DNA of 60,804 bases, taken from contig PIYB01000002.1 of the NCBI GenBank assembly GCA_003601835.1, forward strand, positions 1 to 60,804, in the 5' to 3' direction. Within the stretch, counting starts at the first letter, position 1; every line of letters begins with the position of its first letter. The stretch is from Candidatus Bathyarchaeota archaeon. GTDB lineage: Archaea; Thermoproteota; Bathyarchaeia; Bathyarchaeales; DTEX01. Below are positions 37,604 to 45,582 of the stretch, piece by piece. The notes under the pieces were generated by a model. The model was not told the origin of the DNA and searched no databases. It saw only the letters and a list, made by a program, of their open reading frames with translations. Made by a program: the position numbers and the translations under genes.

Positions 37604-38431
37604 TTAGCTAACAGTGGACCTTGCTAGCGTTTCCTCTTCTGAATACGTACGCAGGCGGTTCATGAGTTCGCGGAAGTCAACTTGATGCGCGTCGAATTCA
37701 GGGCCGTCTACGCATGCAAATTTGGTTTCACCGCCAACAGTAACTCTGCATCCGCCGCACATTCCAGTTCCGTCCACCATTATGGGGTTCAAGCTTACAA
37801 CGGTCTTAATCTTGTAGGGACGTGTGACCTCTGCTACTGCCCGCATCATGGGAACGGGGCCTGCAGCCATAACCAAATCGAATTTTCTTCCTTGCTCCAG
37901 CAAACTTTTTAGAACATCCGAGGTGAACCCTTTCACGCCTTTGGTTCCGTCGTCAGTTGAAATGTACAGTTCGTCGCTTATGCTACGTAATTTGTCTTCT
38001 AAGAGAAGAAGACTCACGTTTCTAGCTCCGAGAATTGTGACTATGCGGTTACCCGCCTCTTTTAACGCTCGGACCCAAGGGTAGATCAGTGCTGTTCCTA
38101 CGCCGCCGCCTATCACCGCAACCTCGCCATATTTTTCCACGTCAGTAGGGTTGCCGAGGGGTCCAACAATATCCTCAATGTAGTCCCCAACCTCAAGTTT
38201 ACCCAGCTTTCGAGTTGAGACCCCTACCTCCTGAAATATCAACACGATTGTGCCTTCGTTCGGGTTCCAGTCAACCAGTGTGAGCGGAAATCTTTCGCCA
38301 CGTTCGTTAACACGAAGTATCACAAACTGGCCGGGTTGAGCCTTCTCCGCTATCAGCGGCGCTGAGACCACTATTCGGTTGATCCCAGGTGCCAATATTT
38401 CTTTGGCTAGAACACTGAATTTTTTCGCCAT
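37604..38431 (-). CDS. NfnA/SudB-type FAD/NAD(P)-binding and [2Fe-2S] oxidoreductase small subunit (PyrK family)
   Basis: QPGQFVILRV, RFPLTL, VIGGGVGTA and C-terminal GMCGGCRV...KFACVDGPEF. Confidence 0.8.
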   Translation of the reverse strand: MAKKFSVLAKEILAPGINRIVVSAPLIAEKAQPGQFVILRVNERGERFPLTLVDWNPNEGTIVLIFQEVGVSTRKLGKLEVGDYIEDIVGPLGNPTDVEKYGEVAVIGGGVGTALIYPWVRALKEAGNRIVTILGARNVSLLLLEDKLRSISDELYISTDDGTKGVKGFTSDVLKSLLEQGRKFDLVMAAGPVPMMRAVAEVTRPYKIKTVVSLNPIMVDGTGMCGGCRVTVGGETKFACVDGPEFDAHQVDFRELMNRLRTYSEEETLARSTVS

Positions 38432-38621
38432 AGAACGGCCTCCTAACCAGGGTTCTGTTGTTTGTAATGAAAAATGTGTTCTTATAAACGTTGTGAGCTG
38501 ATGTCACTGTTTTCACTCGTTCTTCGTATAAAAAGGGAGAACCGGGCGCCATGTTTTCTTATGGAAAACTTAAATTGCGGCTGTGTTCCAATAAGCGTAG
38601 AAAACTTGGAGGCAACTAGCA

Positions 38622-39032
38622 GTGGCTGAAGACAAAGAACTTGAGGAACTGAAACAGAAAAAGTTGAGAGAGATGATGCAGAAACTGCAACGTAAATCTG
38701 CTTTTCAAGAAACGGACCACCCAATTGAGGTAACAGACCTGAATTTTGACGAAATAATAAACAAGGGCGGCTTGGTGGTGATCGACTGCTGGGCAGCTTG
38801 GTGCGCCCCATGTCGAATGATCGGTCCCATCATTGAGGAACTTGCGAAAGATTACGCAGGCAAGATTCTCTTCGGAAAACTGAACGTGGACAAGAACAGA
38901 AAAGTTCCGCTAGAATATCAGATAATGAGCATTCCCACAATCTTGGTTTTCAAAGACGGCTCCCTTGTCGATAGAATTATCGGCGCAATGCCTAGACGGC
39001 TTCTCGAACCAAGGATAACAAAACACCTTTAG
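38622..39032 (+). CDS. trxA: thioredoxin
   Basis: VVIDCWAAWCAPCRMIGP active site and MSIPTILVFKDG. GTG start. Confidence 0.9.
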   Translation: MAEDKELEELKQKKLREMMQKLQRKSAFQETDHPIEVTDLNFDEIINKGGLVVIDCWAAWCAPCRMIGPIIEELAKDYAGKILFGKLNVDKNRKVPLEYQIMSIPTILVFKDGSLVDRIIGAMPRRLLEPRITKHL

Positions 39033-39045
39033 CGTTAAGAAAACA

Positions 39046-39870
39046 TCAAGAAACAACATTAAACAGCTCGTTAGCCACCACACAGATCTCTTCAGGTGCA
39101 AGTTCACGCGGCCGCCGGTTATGGAAAGGTAGACTGTCAGCTATTTTAAGCGCCTCCATCTTGGACTGTGCGAAACTGTTGAGAAAAGGCATAATGGCGT
39201 TTCTTAGCTTCTTGTTTCTTTGGGTGAAGATTGTTCTAACGACCTGAAAAAAGAAACGTTCATCCTTCACATGGAAAGGTGGCTTTCTAGGGGTTAAACG
39301 AACGATCATGGAGTCCACTTTAGGGGGTGGCCAAAACATTTTTCGAGGAATAAGATCTAGAAGCTCAACTTCAGCATTATACCACGTCGCAACGGTTAGA
39401 CGCCCGTAATCTTTAGACCCTGCGGCTGCTGCAAGCCGCCTAGCGAACTCTTCTTGGAAAGCCAAGACTGCTTGAGAGAACCGTTTCTCGAAAAGCCAGA
39501 ACAGAAGAGGAGAAGATATCGAGTAGGGCGGTGTGGAAACAACCTTGTCGAAGTCTGGAACTTCCAGCTTCAAGATGTCCCCCTGCAACAGGTTCACATT
39601 AGAATATTGGCGTAGCCGCCGTTCCAAGACTTTCGCGAGTCTCGAATCAATCTCAACGGCGACAACTTGGCCTGCTTTTTTTGCAAGGATCTCTGTGAGA
39701 AAGCCTAGTCCGGCGCCTATTTCTAAGACTGTTTCTTGCTTACTTAGGGACGCGTAAGAAGCCATCTTTTGCATGATGCTTTCGTTGACAAGGAAGCTCT
39801 GTCCCAACCGTTTTCTCGGGATGACACCATAAGCGCGTAGAATTCTTCTGGTTTTCTCTCTGAGGCTCAT
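39046..39870 (-). CDS. rsmA: 16S rRNA (adenine-N6,N6)-dimethyltransferase KsgA/Dim1
   Basis: LGQSFLV, VLEIGAGLGFLT, STPPYSISSP. Confidence 0.9.
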   Translation of the reverse strand: MSLREKTRRILRAYGVIPRKRLGQSFLVNESIMQKMASYASLSKQETVLEIGAGLGFLTEILAKKAGQVVAVEIDSRLAKVLERRLRQYSNVNLLQGDILKLEVPDFDKVVSTPPYSISSPLLFWLFEKRFSQAVLAFQEEFARRLAAAAGSKDYGRLTVATWYNAEVELLDLIPRKMFWPPPKVDSMIVRLTPRKPPFHVKDERFFFQVVRTIFTQRNKKLRNAIMPFLNSFAQSKMEALKIADSLPFHNRRPRELAPEEICVVANELFNVVS

Positions 39871-39917
39871 GGCTTTTACGGCTAGTCGAGCTGAATGTTA
39901 AGTCTAATGCTTTTTTC

Positions 39918-40493
39918 TTAGGAGGAACGGGTGAACAGACGGTATTTGCTTTCGCCGGAAAGCTCCTCGATAACCCTTTTAGCGATAAGTTTGGCGGGAT
40001 TCGGTATGTTCACTCTTTCCTGCAATTCTTTGAAGCTCTGAAAAGGCTTCCGTTCTCTGCCGTCTAGAATGTCCCACATATACTTTTTCCCGATTCCAGG
40101 GATTAGCTCAAGTGCGTGCATTCTCGGAGTTATCGGCTGAGCGGTATTGAAGAAGTTCACGAACCATCTTTCTCTTTCAAGCACGATTTTCTCAACGGCG
40201 TTTTCAAGCTCAAGCTTCGCGTTTGCCGTCAACTCATCGTATCCAATTCTGCCGAGAATATAGGTGATCTCTTTTCTAGCATCCTTACCTACGTAAACAC
40301 GATCCAACGGTTTGAGCACAACCCCTGACCTAACATTTGCCTCCAGCAGGGTGAAGTAGCTTACTCCGACCATCTGAACCACGGCTCCAGCGCGGAATTT
40401 CACTCTTGTCCCGGGTTTTCCGAACGGCAGATAGTCTAGGACGTATGCATTTTCCTCATATAGCTGCCGAGATTCCTTTTCTTCACGTTCCAA
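39918..40493 (-). CDS. DUF655-family protein (OB plus HhH, conserved archaeal neighbour of ksgA and rpoF)
   Basis: ENAYVLDYLPFG..., LELIPGIGKKYMWDIL and the synteny rpl21e-rpoF-DUF655-ksgA. Confidence 0.75.
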   Translation of the reverse strand: MEREEKESRQLYEENAYVLDYLPFGKPGTRVKFRAGAVVQMVGVSYFTLLEANVRSGVVLKPLDRVYVGKDARKEITYILGRIGYDELTANAKLELENAVEKIVLERERWFVNFFNTAQPITPRMHALELIPGIGKKYMWDILDGRERKPFQSFKELQERVNIPNPAKLIAKRVIEELSGESKYRLFTRSS

Positions 40494-40733
40494 GAGTCTT
40501 CTTTCCTCCTTTCATTTGTTTGGGTCAAATGAAGAAAACTTAAAAACAGTAAAAAGAGGCTTGGTTATGTCTCCTTATACGCTGCATGTTGGCGTAAAAC
40601 CGTAGAACCGTACAGTTCAATGGGTGGCGCCAAGTAACACTTACAATTAAAAGTGTATTCTGCCTTCATTATCTTAAGCCTCACCAAACAATATGGATTT
40701 ACGCTTATAAGGCTAATAACTTTTTTCTTTTGC

Positions 40734-41081
40734 CTAGTCTTCTTCTTTTTTCCGGTACTTGTCTAAAAGGCTTAAAATCGATTCAAGTTTCGCTGTTTCC
40801 ACAATCTTCCTGCCGCCGGCGAGAAACACCCTTAGTTCCTCTATGCTCTTGGGCATACAGTTGACTATCTGGACAGCTTCTTCCTCGTCCAGCAGCTCCA
40901 TCTCCTTAAGTTCCGCCAGCAGCTTCTCAGCTTTTTCCGCGTCGATCTTGGAGAATTTCGCTGCGTAATCCAAGGAACGGCGTTGAAACTGATCAAGATT
41001 TTCCTCTCCAAGAGACTCAAGCAAAGCCTTCACTTGGGGAATTGTTACTGGTTGTATCTTCAATATTCTTTTTCTGACCAA
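40734..41081 (-). CDS. rpoF: DNA-directed RNA polymerase subunit Rpo4 (RpoF)
   Basis: 115 aa, helical and acidic. ...SLDYAAKFSKIDAEKAEKLLAEL...AVQIVNCMPKSIEELRVF fits Rpo4. Located 3 nt after rpl21e. Confidence 0.8.
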   Translation of the reverse strand: MVRKRILKIQPVTIPQVKALLESLGEENLDQFQRRSLDYAAKFSKIDAEKAEKLLAELKEMELLDEEEAVQIVNCMPKSIEELRVFLAGGRKIVETAKLESILSLLDKYRKKEED

Positions 41082-41084
41082 GGT

Positions 41085-41381
41085 TTATCCCTCAGCGTGG
41101 ATTCTCAAATGCTCAGGCCGCACAATAATCTCTTTCACAGCGTTTCCTTGGGTGACGCTGACTTCGTATGCTCTTCCTCTCTTGGAGATTATGACCCCAA
41201 CTCTGCCATGATACCTGTGATGTGGCATGCCCTTCTGAACACTTGGATCTATCTTAATGACTACCTTGTCACCGGGTTTATATTCATGAAGCAGCCTGCT
41301 AAGCCCAAGTTTCCCGTGTTCCCTAGGCTTCTTTTTCAGGAGCGCCCGCGTCTTCTTCCTAAAGCCTTTAGATTTCGTCAC
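41085..41381 (-). CDS. rpl21e: 50S ribosomal protein L21e (eL21)
   Basis: SKGFRKKTR...YKPGDKVVIKIDPSVQKGMPHHRYHGRVGVI. Confidence 0.9.
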   Translation of the reverse strand: MTKSKGFRKKTRALLKKKPREHGKLGLSRLLHEYKPGDKVVIKIDPSVQKGMPHHRYHGRVGVIISKRGRAYEVSVTQGNAVKEIIVRPEHLRIHAEG

Positions 41382-42716
41382 TTATGCCTCACCGCCTTTA
41401 GCAGAGACGTTCAACACGTCAAGAGCGAGAACCTCAGCCTTCGCGTTAACAATCTTCGACACGTTTGGTTCAGTCCTTCCGTTGTCCCCGGTTACCAGCT
41501 CTTTTACGTACAGTCCTCCCTGGCATCGAATCCTCATTTCTACGCTGTTCGGGGAGATTCTCTTAACTTTGGTCTCATATATGTGTTTTTCTCGAACACG
41601 ATCAGCTCTTCGACGTAGAACCCGTGTAGGCGTCTGCTGATTAACGGTTACCCCGGTTAAGGCGCGTTCAATCCTCCGGATTTCCTCATCTGAGACTTCT
41701 CTGTCAAACGTCACGGTGACTCTGTACGTTTTTTTGGATGCTTCCAGCTGCTTTATTTTTCTAACCATGTCCCTGTCAACAATCTTTAAGCCTCTGACCT
41801 CTATCTTCCCGTTTGCCCGTTCGTTAATGACGCGCTCCAGTTCTGAAAGGTTCACGCTTCGCTTATGCGGCCTCTTAACCTGTATTATGAACGGTCTGCC
41901 TCTTCCAAGCATACGGGCGTCAATGTCTTCCCGACCGGCTCCGTGGAAGGATGAGTCTTCTCCCTGAGTCTTCTCCAAAACAGGTTCAGCGATAAGTTCC
42001 TCAACGGATTCGGGGTACAGTTTTCCTGTCATGTTGCATTCGGGGCAGCCTTTCCCCCTGCACTTAGGACAGAACCATTTTGACTGAGGTATTCCCCTCA
42101 CAAGTTTCCTGTATCTACCCATTATGAAAAGCGAGTTTACCTGAAGTCTAATCCAGCCTGTGAACGGGTTGACCAAGACAACAATCTGGGGTTTGGCAAA
42201 CTCAACGGTTTTACCCGTTTTTTGGGAAAGCGTCTTTCCGAGGACTCTGCTGAACTCGTTTTTTATGCTTTCGCCGTGTTGAACACCAAATTCGGCTTTA
42301 AACTCGTCTTCTCTTTCCTCGATTTCGATAGGTAGCTTGATGCCTACGAGGAATGTTTCGTACTCGTAATCTCGAAGCTTCTGGGTTATCTTCTCCACGA
42401 GGGACGGCAACGTTTCGAAACAGTTCTCGCAAAGAAAACAGGGTTTTCCCTGTTTAGGTCTACGTTTGAGTTTTCTGAGGATCTCTGCCGCCATGGGAAA
42501 CGCGCCGTTTTCACACATAGTTTTCAGAAGCAGAACGCCTTTCCTGTCTTTTGAAAGCGCAAGCATGTGTCCTTTCATCGTCAGAAGCGTCTTTACCGTT
42601 CTTCCCCGGTCTTGGTTTTCAAGTCCGTAGCCTAAGAAAGCGAACTGTCTGCCTAGACAATGGTCGCATAGAGGATACTTTTCAAGCATGGTTCGAGCCT
42701 TTTCAAGGATTTCCAT
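41382..42716 (-). CDS. pus10: tRNA pseudouridine(54/55) synthase Pus10
   Basis: N-terminal Zn motif CDHCLGRQF plus CFLCENC, a THUMP-like middle, and the catalytic HGAGREDIDARMLG. Confidence 0.85.
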   Translation of the reverse strand: MEILEKARTMLEKYPLCDHCLGRQFAFLGYGLENQDRGRTVKTLLTMKGHMLALSKDRKGVLLLKTMCENGAFPMAAEILRKLKRRPKQGKPCFLCENCFETLPSLVEKITQKLRDYEYETFLVGIKLPIEIEEREDEFKAEFGVQHGESIKNEFSRVLGKTLSQKTGKTVEFAKPQIVVLVNPFTGWIRLQVNSLFIMGRYRKLVRGIPQSKWFCPKCRGKGCPECNMTGKLYPESVEELIAEPVLEKTQGEDSSFHGAGREDIDARMLGRGRPFIIQVKRPHKRSVNLSELERVINERANGKIEVRGLKIVDRDMVRKIKQLEASKKTYRVTVTFDREVSDEEIRRIERALTGVTVNQQTPTRVLRRRADRVREKHIYETKVKRISPNSVEMRIRCQGGLYVKELVTGDNGRTEPNVSKIVNAKAEVLALDVLNVSAKGGEA

Positions 42717-42826
42717 GTGAAGAATGTCACCAGCACGTTTCTTAGCAGCCTGAGGCTTTGAGTTATGATGATCTAGATGATTTATATCTGTATTCCTTTA
42801 GACAATGTGTCCGTTGGTGAACAAAT

Positions 42827-43717
42827 TTGAAGGTTGCCCGTTACACCTATCAGGGAACAGAGTCTTTCGGAGTCTTGAAAGACGAAAACCACATCGTTGA
42901 CCTGCCGAAGCTTTCACGTTTTAGGAAGAATGTACCAGCAAACATCAACGATCTAATCTCCCTAGGCTTGAAAGCAGAGGCTCTTCTTAAAGAATTGACG
43001 GAAAACCTGTCAAACCGGGAAAGAAAAGAATCCTTGCTTGAAACAGGCAAGGTGGTTTTCAAGGCGCCCGTTGCCGACCCGCCGAAGATCATCTGTTTAG
43101 GCCTTAACTATAAGGATCACGCCGAGGAAGCGGAGGCTGCTGTTCCAGACGAACCGGTGATCTTCATGAAGCCTCGAACAGCCATAATCGGCCCGGAGGA
43201 GCCTATAGTGAAACCGGGTTTCGTGCAAAAGCTGGATTACGAGGTTGAGATGGCGATAGTCATAGGCAAAAAAGGCAAGAACATCCCTGTTTCAGAGGCG
43301 GAAAACCATATTTTCGGCTTCACAGTGTTTAACGACGTTTCCGCCCGTGACATCCAGTTCAAGGATGGACAGTGGACAAGAGGAAAAAGTTTCGACAGCT
43401 TCGCGCCTATGGGCCCGTGCATAACAACCCTTACGCAGATTGGAGACCCAGCCAACCTCCGTTTATACACCAGAGTTAACGGCGTAACCCGGCAAAACTC
43501 GTCGACAAAGAACATGATCTTCAACGTGTACGAGATAATTCACCGTCTCAGCCGGGTGATGACCCTTGAACCATGCGACATAATAGCAACGGGCACACCG
43601 GGCGGCGTAGCTGCCTTCATGAAACCGGAACCACGATTCCTACAGCCAGGTGACACCGTCGAGGTGGAAGTTGAGAAAATAGGGGTTCTAAGAAACCCAG
43701 TTACAGAAGAAACCTAA
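42827..43717 (+). CDS. fumarylacetoacetate hydrolase (FAH) family protein
   Basis: KIICLGLNYKDHAEE, YEVEMAIVIGK, FNDVSARD and ATGTPGGV. Confidence 0.85.
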   Translation: MKVARYTYQGTESFGVLKDENHIVDLPKLSRFRKNVPANINDLISLGLKAEALLKELTENLSNRERKESLLETGKVVFKAPVADPPKIICLGLNYKDHAEEAEAAVPDEPVIFMKPRTAIIGPEEPIVKPGFVQKLDYEVEMAIVIGKKGKNIPVSEAENHIFGFTVFNDVSARDIQFKDGQWTRGKSFDSFAPMGPCITTLTQIGDPANLRLYTRVNGVTRQNSSTKNMIFNVYEIIHRLSRVMTLEPCDIIATGTPGGVAAFMKPEPRFLQPGDTVEVEVEKIGVLRNPVTEET

Positions 43718-43744
43718 ATATGTTGTTAACGGCACGGCTAAAAT

Positions 43745-43754
43745 CTTATATAAA
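43745..43754 (+). promoter_or_regulatory. TATA-like box for the tRNA-Phe gene
   Basis: cttatataaa ends 24 nt upstream of tRNA position 1 (43779). Confidence 0.5.
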
Positions 43755-43778
43755 CAAGTTTTCATTCTATCTTTTTGT

Positions 43779-43911
43779 GCCGCGGTAGCTCAGCCTGGGA
43801 GAGCACCCGTCTTACGGCTGCTGCAAGCCGGTAAGGGTGAAGCTGAAGTCCCAGACCGAATCAAGGTTTGAAACCGGGTTGTCGGGTGTTCAAATCACCC
43901 CCGCGGCACCA
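43779..43911 (+). tRNA. tRNA-Phe(GAA) with two introns; exons 43779..43809, 43842..43848 and 43873..43911; CCA encoded
   Basis: Acceptor GCCGCGG/CCGCGGC, D arm GCTC-AGCCTGGGA-GAGC and T arm GGGTG-TTCAAAT-CACCC. Removing 43810..43841 (32 nt) and 43849..43872 (24 nt) gives the anticodon arm CCCGG-CTGAAGA-CCGGG, the canonical Phe loop. Intron 1 sits in a clean bulge-helix-bulge (see finding). Confidence 0.8.
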
Positions 43912-44144
43912 CAGCATTATCTCATGGCATCTTTCTCTTGCTTGAACTGTCTTCTTGAAGAGATCTTGAGCCTGTGTTCACCTTGCCTTGGCTGCAGAAA
44001 TTATCCATAGATGTTCCCGAGGCGCCTACTGTTTATATACTGATATGGGAAGAACTGGGGTTCTTAGCTAATGCAATATTCTGGGCTGTCATCGCCGCGT
44101 TTTTGCATAAAAGCTACAAGCGGTTCAAGAAATAGAGATACGTC

Positions 44145-44555
44145 TCAAACTGAAACTTGTCCTTCTATCGCTAAATGAGACCGTTGACGCATGAAAACTG
44201 TTGCTACTTTTGCTTCTCTGAGCTTTCTCCTCATGTTCACGTCGTTGGTTGCAACGAGGCAGTTCCATTCTCTGGCTTTTCTGACGATCACATCGTCGCA
44301 TCCTTCTTCCGGCGTTTTTTCAACCTCGATTATCCGGCATCTCCTCGCCAACTTAAGCGCCATAATGGCTTGACTTCGGATTTTTCCGGACCGTTTTTCA
44401 ACAAGAGATTCCAGCTCCTCTATTGTGGTTGACAGGACTATAGGCTCAGCTTTCCCCAAAAGATTGTTCAGCTGTTCAAATATGTCAATCTGGAACTGAA
44501 CTGGAACAAAAAGAAAGTTTGTGTCAAGAATTATCTTGGTCATTAAGGCTTTCAT
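44145..44555 (-). CDS. PIN-domain nuclease, Fcf1/Utp24-like (COG1412 type)
   Basis: IILDTNFLFVPVQFQIDIF, the CDDVIV stretch and VATNDVNMRRKLRE. The ATG overlaps the pdxA-like stop (ATGA). Confidence 0.7.
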   Translation of the reverse strand: MKALMTKIILDTNFLFVPVQFQIDIFEQLNNLLGKAEPIVLSTTIEELESLVEKRSGKIRSQAIMALKLARRCRIIEVEKTPEEGCDDVIVRKAREWNCLVATNDVNMRRKLREAKVATVFMRQRSHLAIEGQVSV

Positions 44556-45562
44556 CTCATGTTTTTAACGAGCACCGCAGCTAACTTTATGGCTTCCACC
44601 AAGCTTCGAGGGTTCGCTACTCCTTTTCCCGCAATGTCATAAGCGGTTCCATGATCCACCGAGGTTCGGAGAAAAGGAAGCCCAAGCGTCACGCTGACCG
44701 TTCCATAGAAATCCACAGTCTTCGCAGCTATGTGCCCCTGATCATGATAAAGGCTAAGAACCGCATCGTAGCTACCCTGTAGAGCTTTATGGAAAACCGT
44801 GTCAGCGGGAACAGGTCCAACCACGTGGAGACCACGATTCCGAAGCTCCTCCACAGCGGGAATTATCTCCTCCGCTTCCTCGTTTCCCACGAGACCTTTA
44901 TCGCTGGCATGAGGGTTCAACGCTGCCACCGCGATCAAAGGACTTTCTACGCCTATTCGCCTAAGCTCCGCATCAATCCTAACAGCCATCTCCACTATCC
45001 TGTTCTTCTTCACAGCCTTAACCGCCTCAGCCAAAGGCACATGCCTAGTCAAGAAGAAGATTCGTGCGCCTTTCACATGAAACATCATCAACGGATTCTT
45101 GACGCCGCAAAGCGCACCTAACATCTCTGTGTGCCCAATATACGGGCTTCCAGCAAGCCTTATCGCCTGCTTGTTGATGGGGCTGGTTGCTATCGCATCC
45201 GCCGAGCCTTCTAAAGCAAATTTGACAGCCTTCTCTATGTACTGGATTGCTGCACGTCCAGCTTCCACGGAAACCTTGCCTATTTTGAACGTGTCCAGAT
45301 CCACGTTTTTTAAGTCAACAACATCAATGATGCCCGTCTTCCCCGTAGCTGCCCGCGGAGAATCCACAGCGTTAAAGGAAACATCATACTTGAGAAGTTT
45401 AGCTGTTTGCTTGAGGATTCCCAAGTCTCCTATGACAACGGGGCTGCAAACCTTGTAAACCTCAGGGTTCAAGAGCGCCTTAACCGTTATCTCAGGTCCT
45501 ACGCCAGCTGGGTCACCCATCGTAACAGCGATAACCGGTTTCTCATCCTTCATTGTTGTCAC
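44552..45562 (-). CDS. PdxA-family NAD-dependent 4-phospho-hydroxyacid dehydrogenase (4-hydroxythreonine-4-phosphate dehydrogenase-like)
   Basis: IAVTMGDPAGVGPEI, GHTEML, LNPHAS, YHDQGH and SVDHGTA motifs. Confidence 0.85.
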   Translation of the reverse strand: MTTMKDEKPVIAVTMGDPAGVGPEITVKALLNPEVYKVCSPVVIGDLGILKQTAKLLKYDVSFNAVDSPRAATGKTGIIDVVDLKNVDLDTFKIGKVSVEAGRAAIQYIEKAVKFALEGSADAIATSPINKQAIRLAGSPYIGHTEMLGALCGVKNPLMMFHVKGARIFFLTRHVPLAEAVKAVKKNRIVEMAVRIDAELRRIGVESPLIAVAALNPHASDKGLVGNEEAEEIIPAVEELRNRGLHVVGPVPADTVFHKALQGSYDAVLSLYHDQGHIAAKTVDFYGTVSVTLGLPFLRTSVDHGTAYDIAGKGVANPRSLVEAIKLAAVLVKNMR

Positions 45563-45582
45563 CCTTACTTAAACGGTGAAAC

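Noticed and set aside
42764-42770. ATGATGA (C-box-like) upstream of the FAH gene, plus other C-box-like strings (24291 ATGATGG, 4841 GTGATAA, 50035 ATGAATG).
   Set aside because: None has a CTGA D or D' box at about 12-nt spacing, nor a second box pair. The 42764 site overlaps the TATA-like region of the FAH promoter.
43779-43911. Reading this tRNA as tRNA-Val(UAC) with one 56-nt canonical intron (43817..43872).
   Set aside because: That reading needs a T31:C39 mismatch at the loop-closing pair. It also has no bulge-helix-bulge at the proposed junctions. The two-intron solution gives a perfect stem, the canonical Phe loop CUGAAGA and a clean BHB for intron 1.
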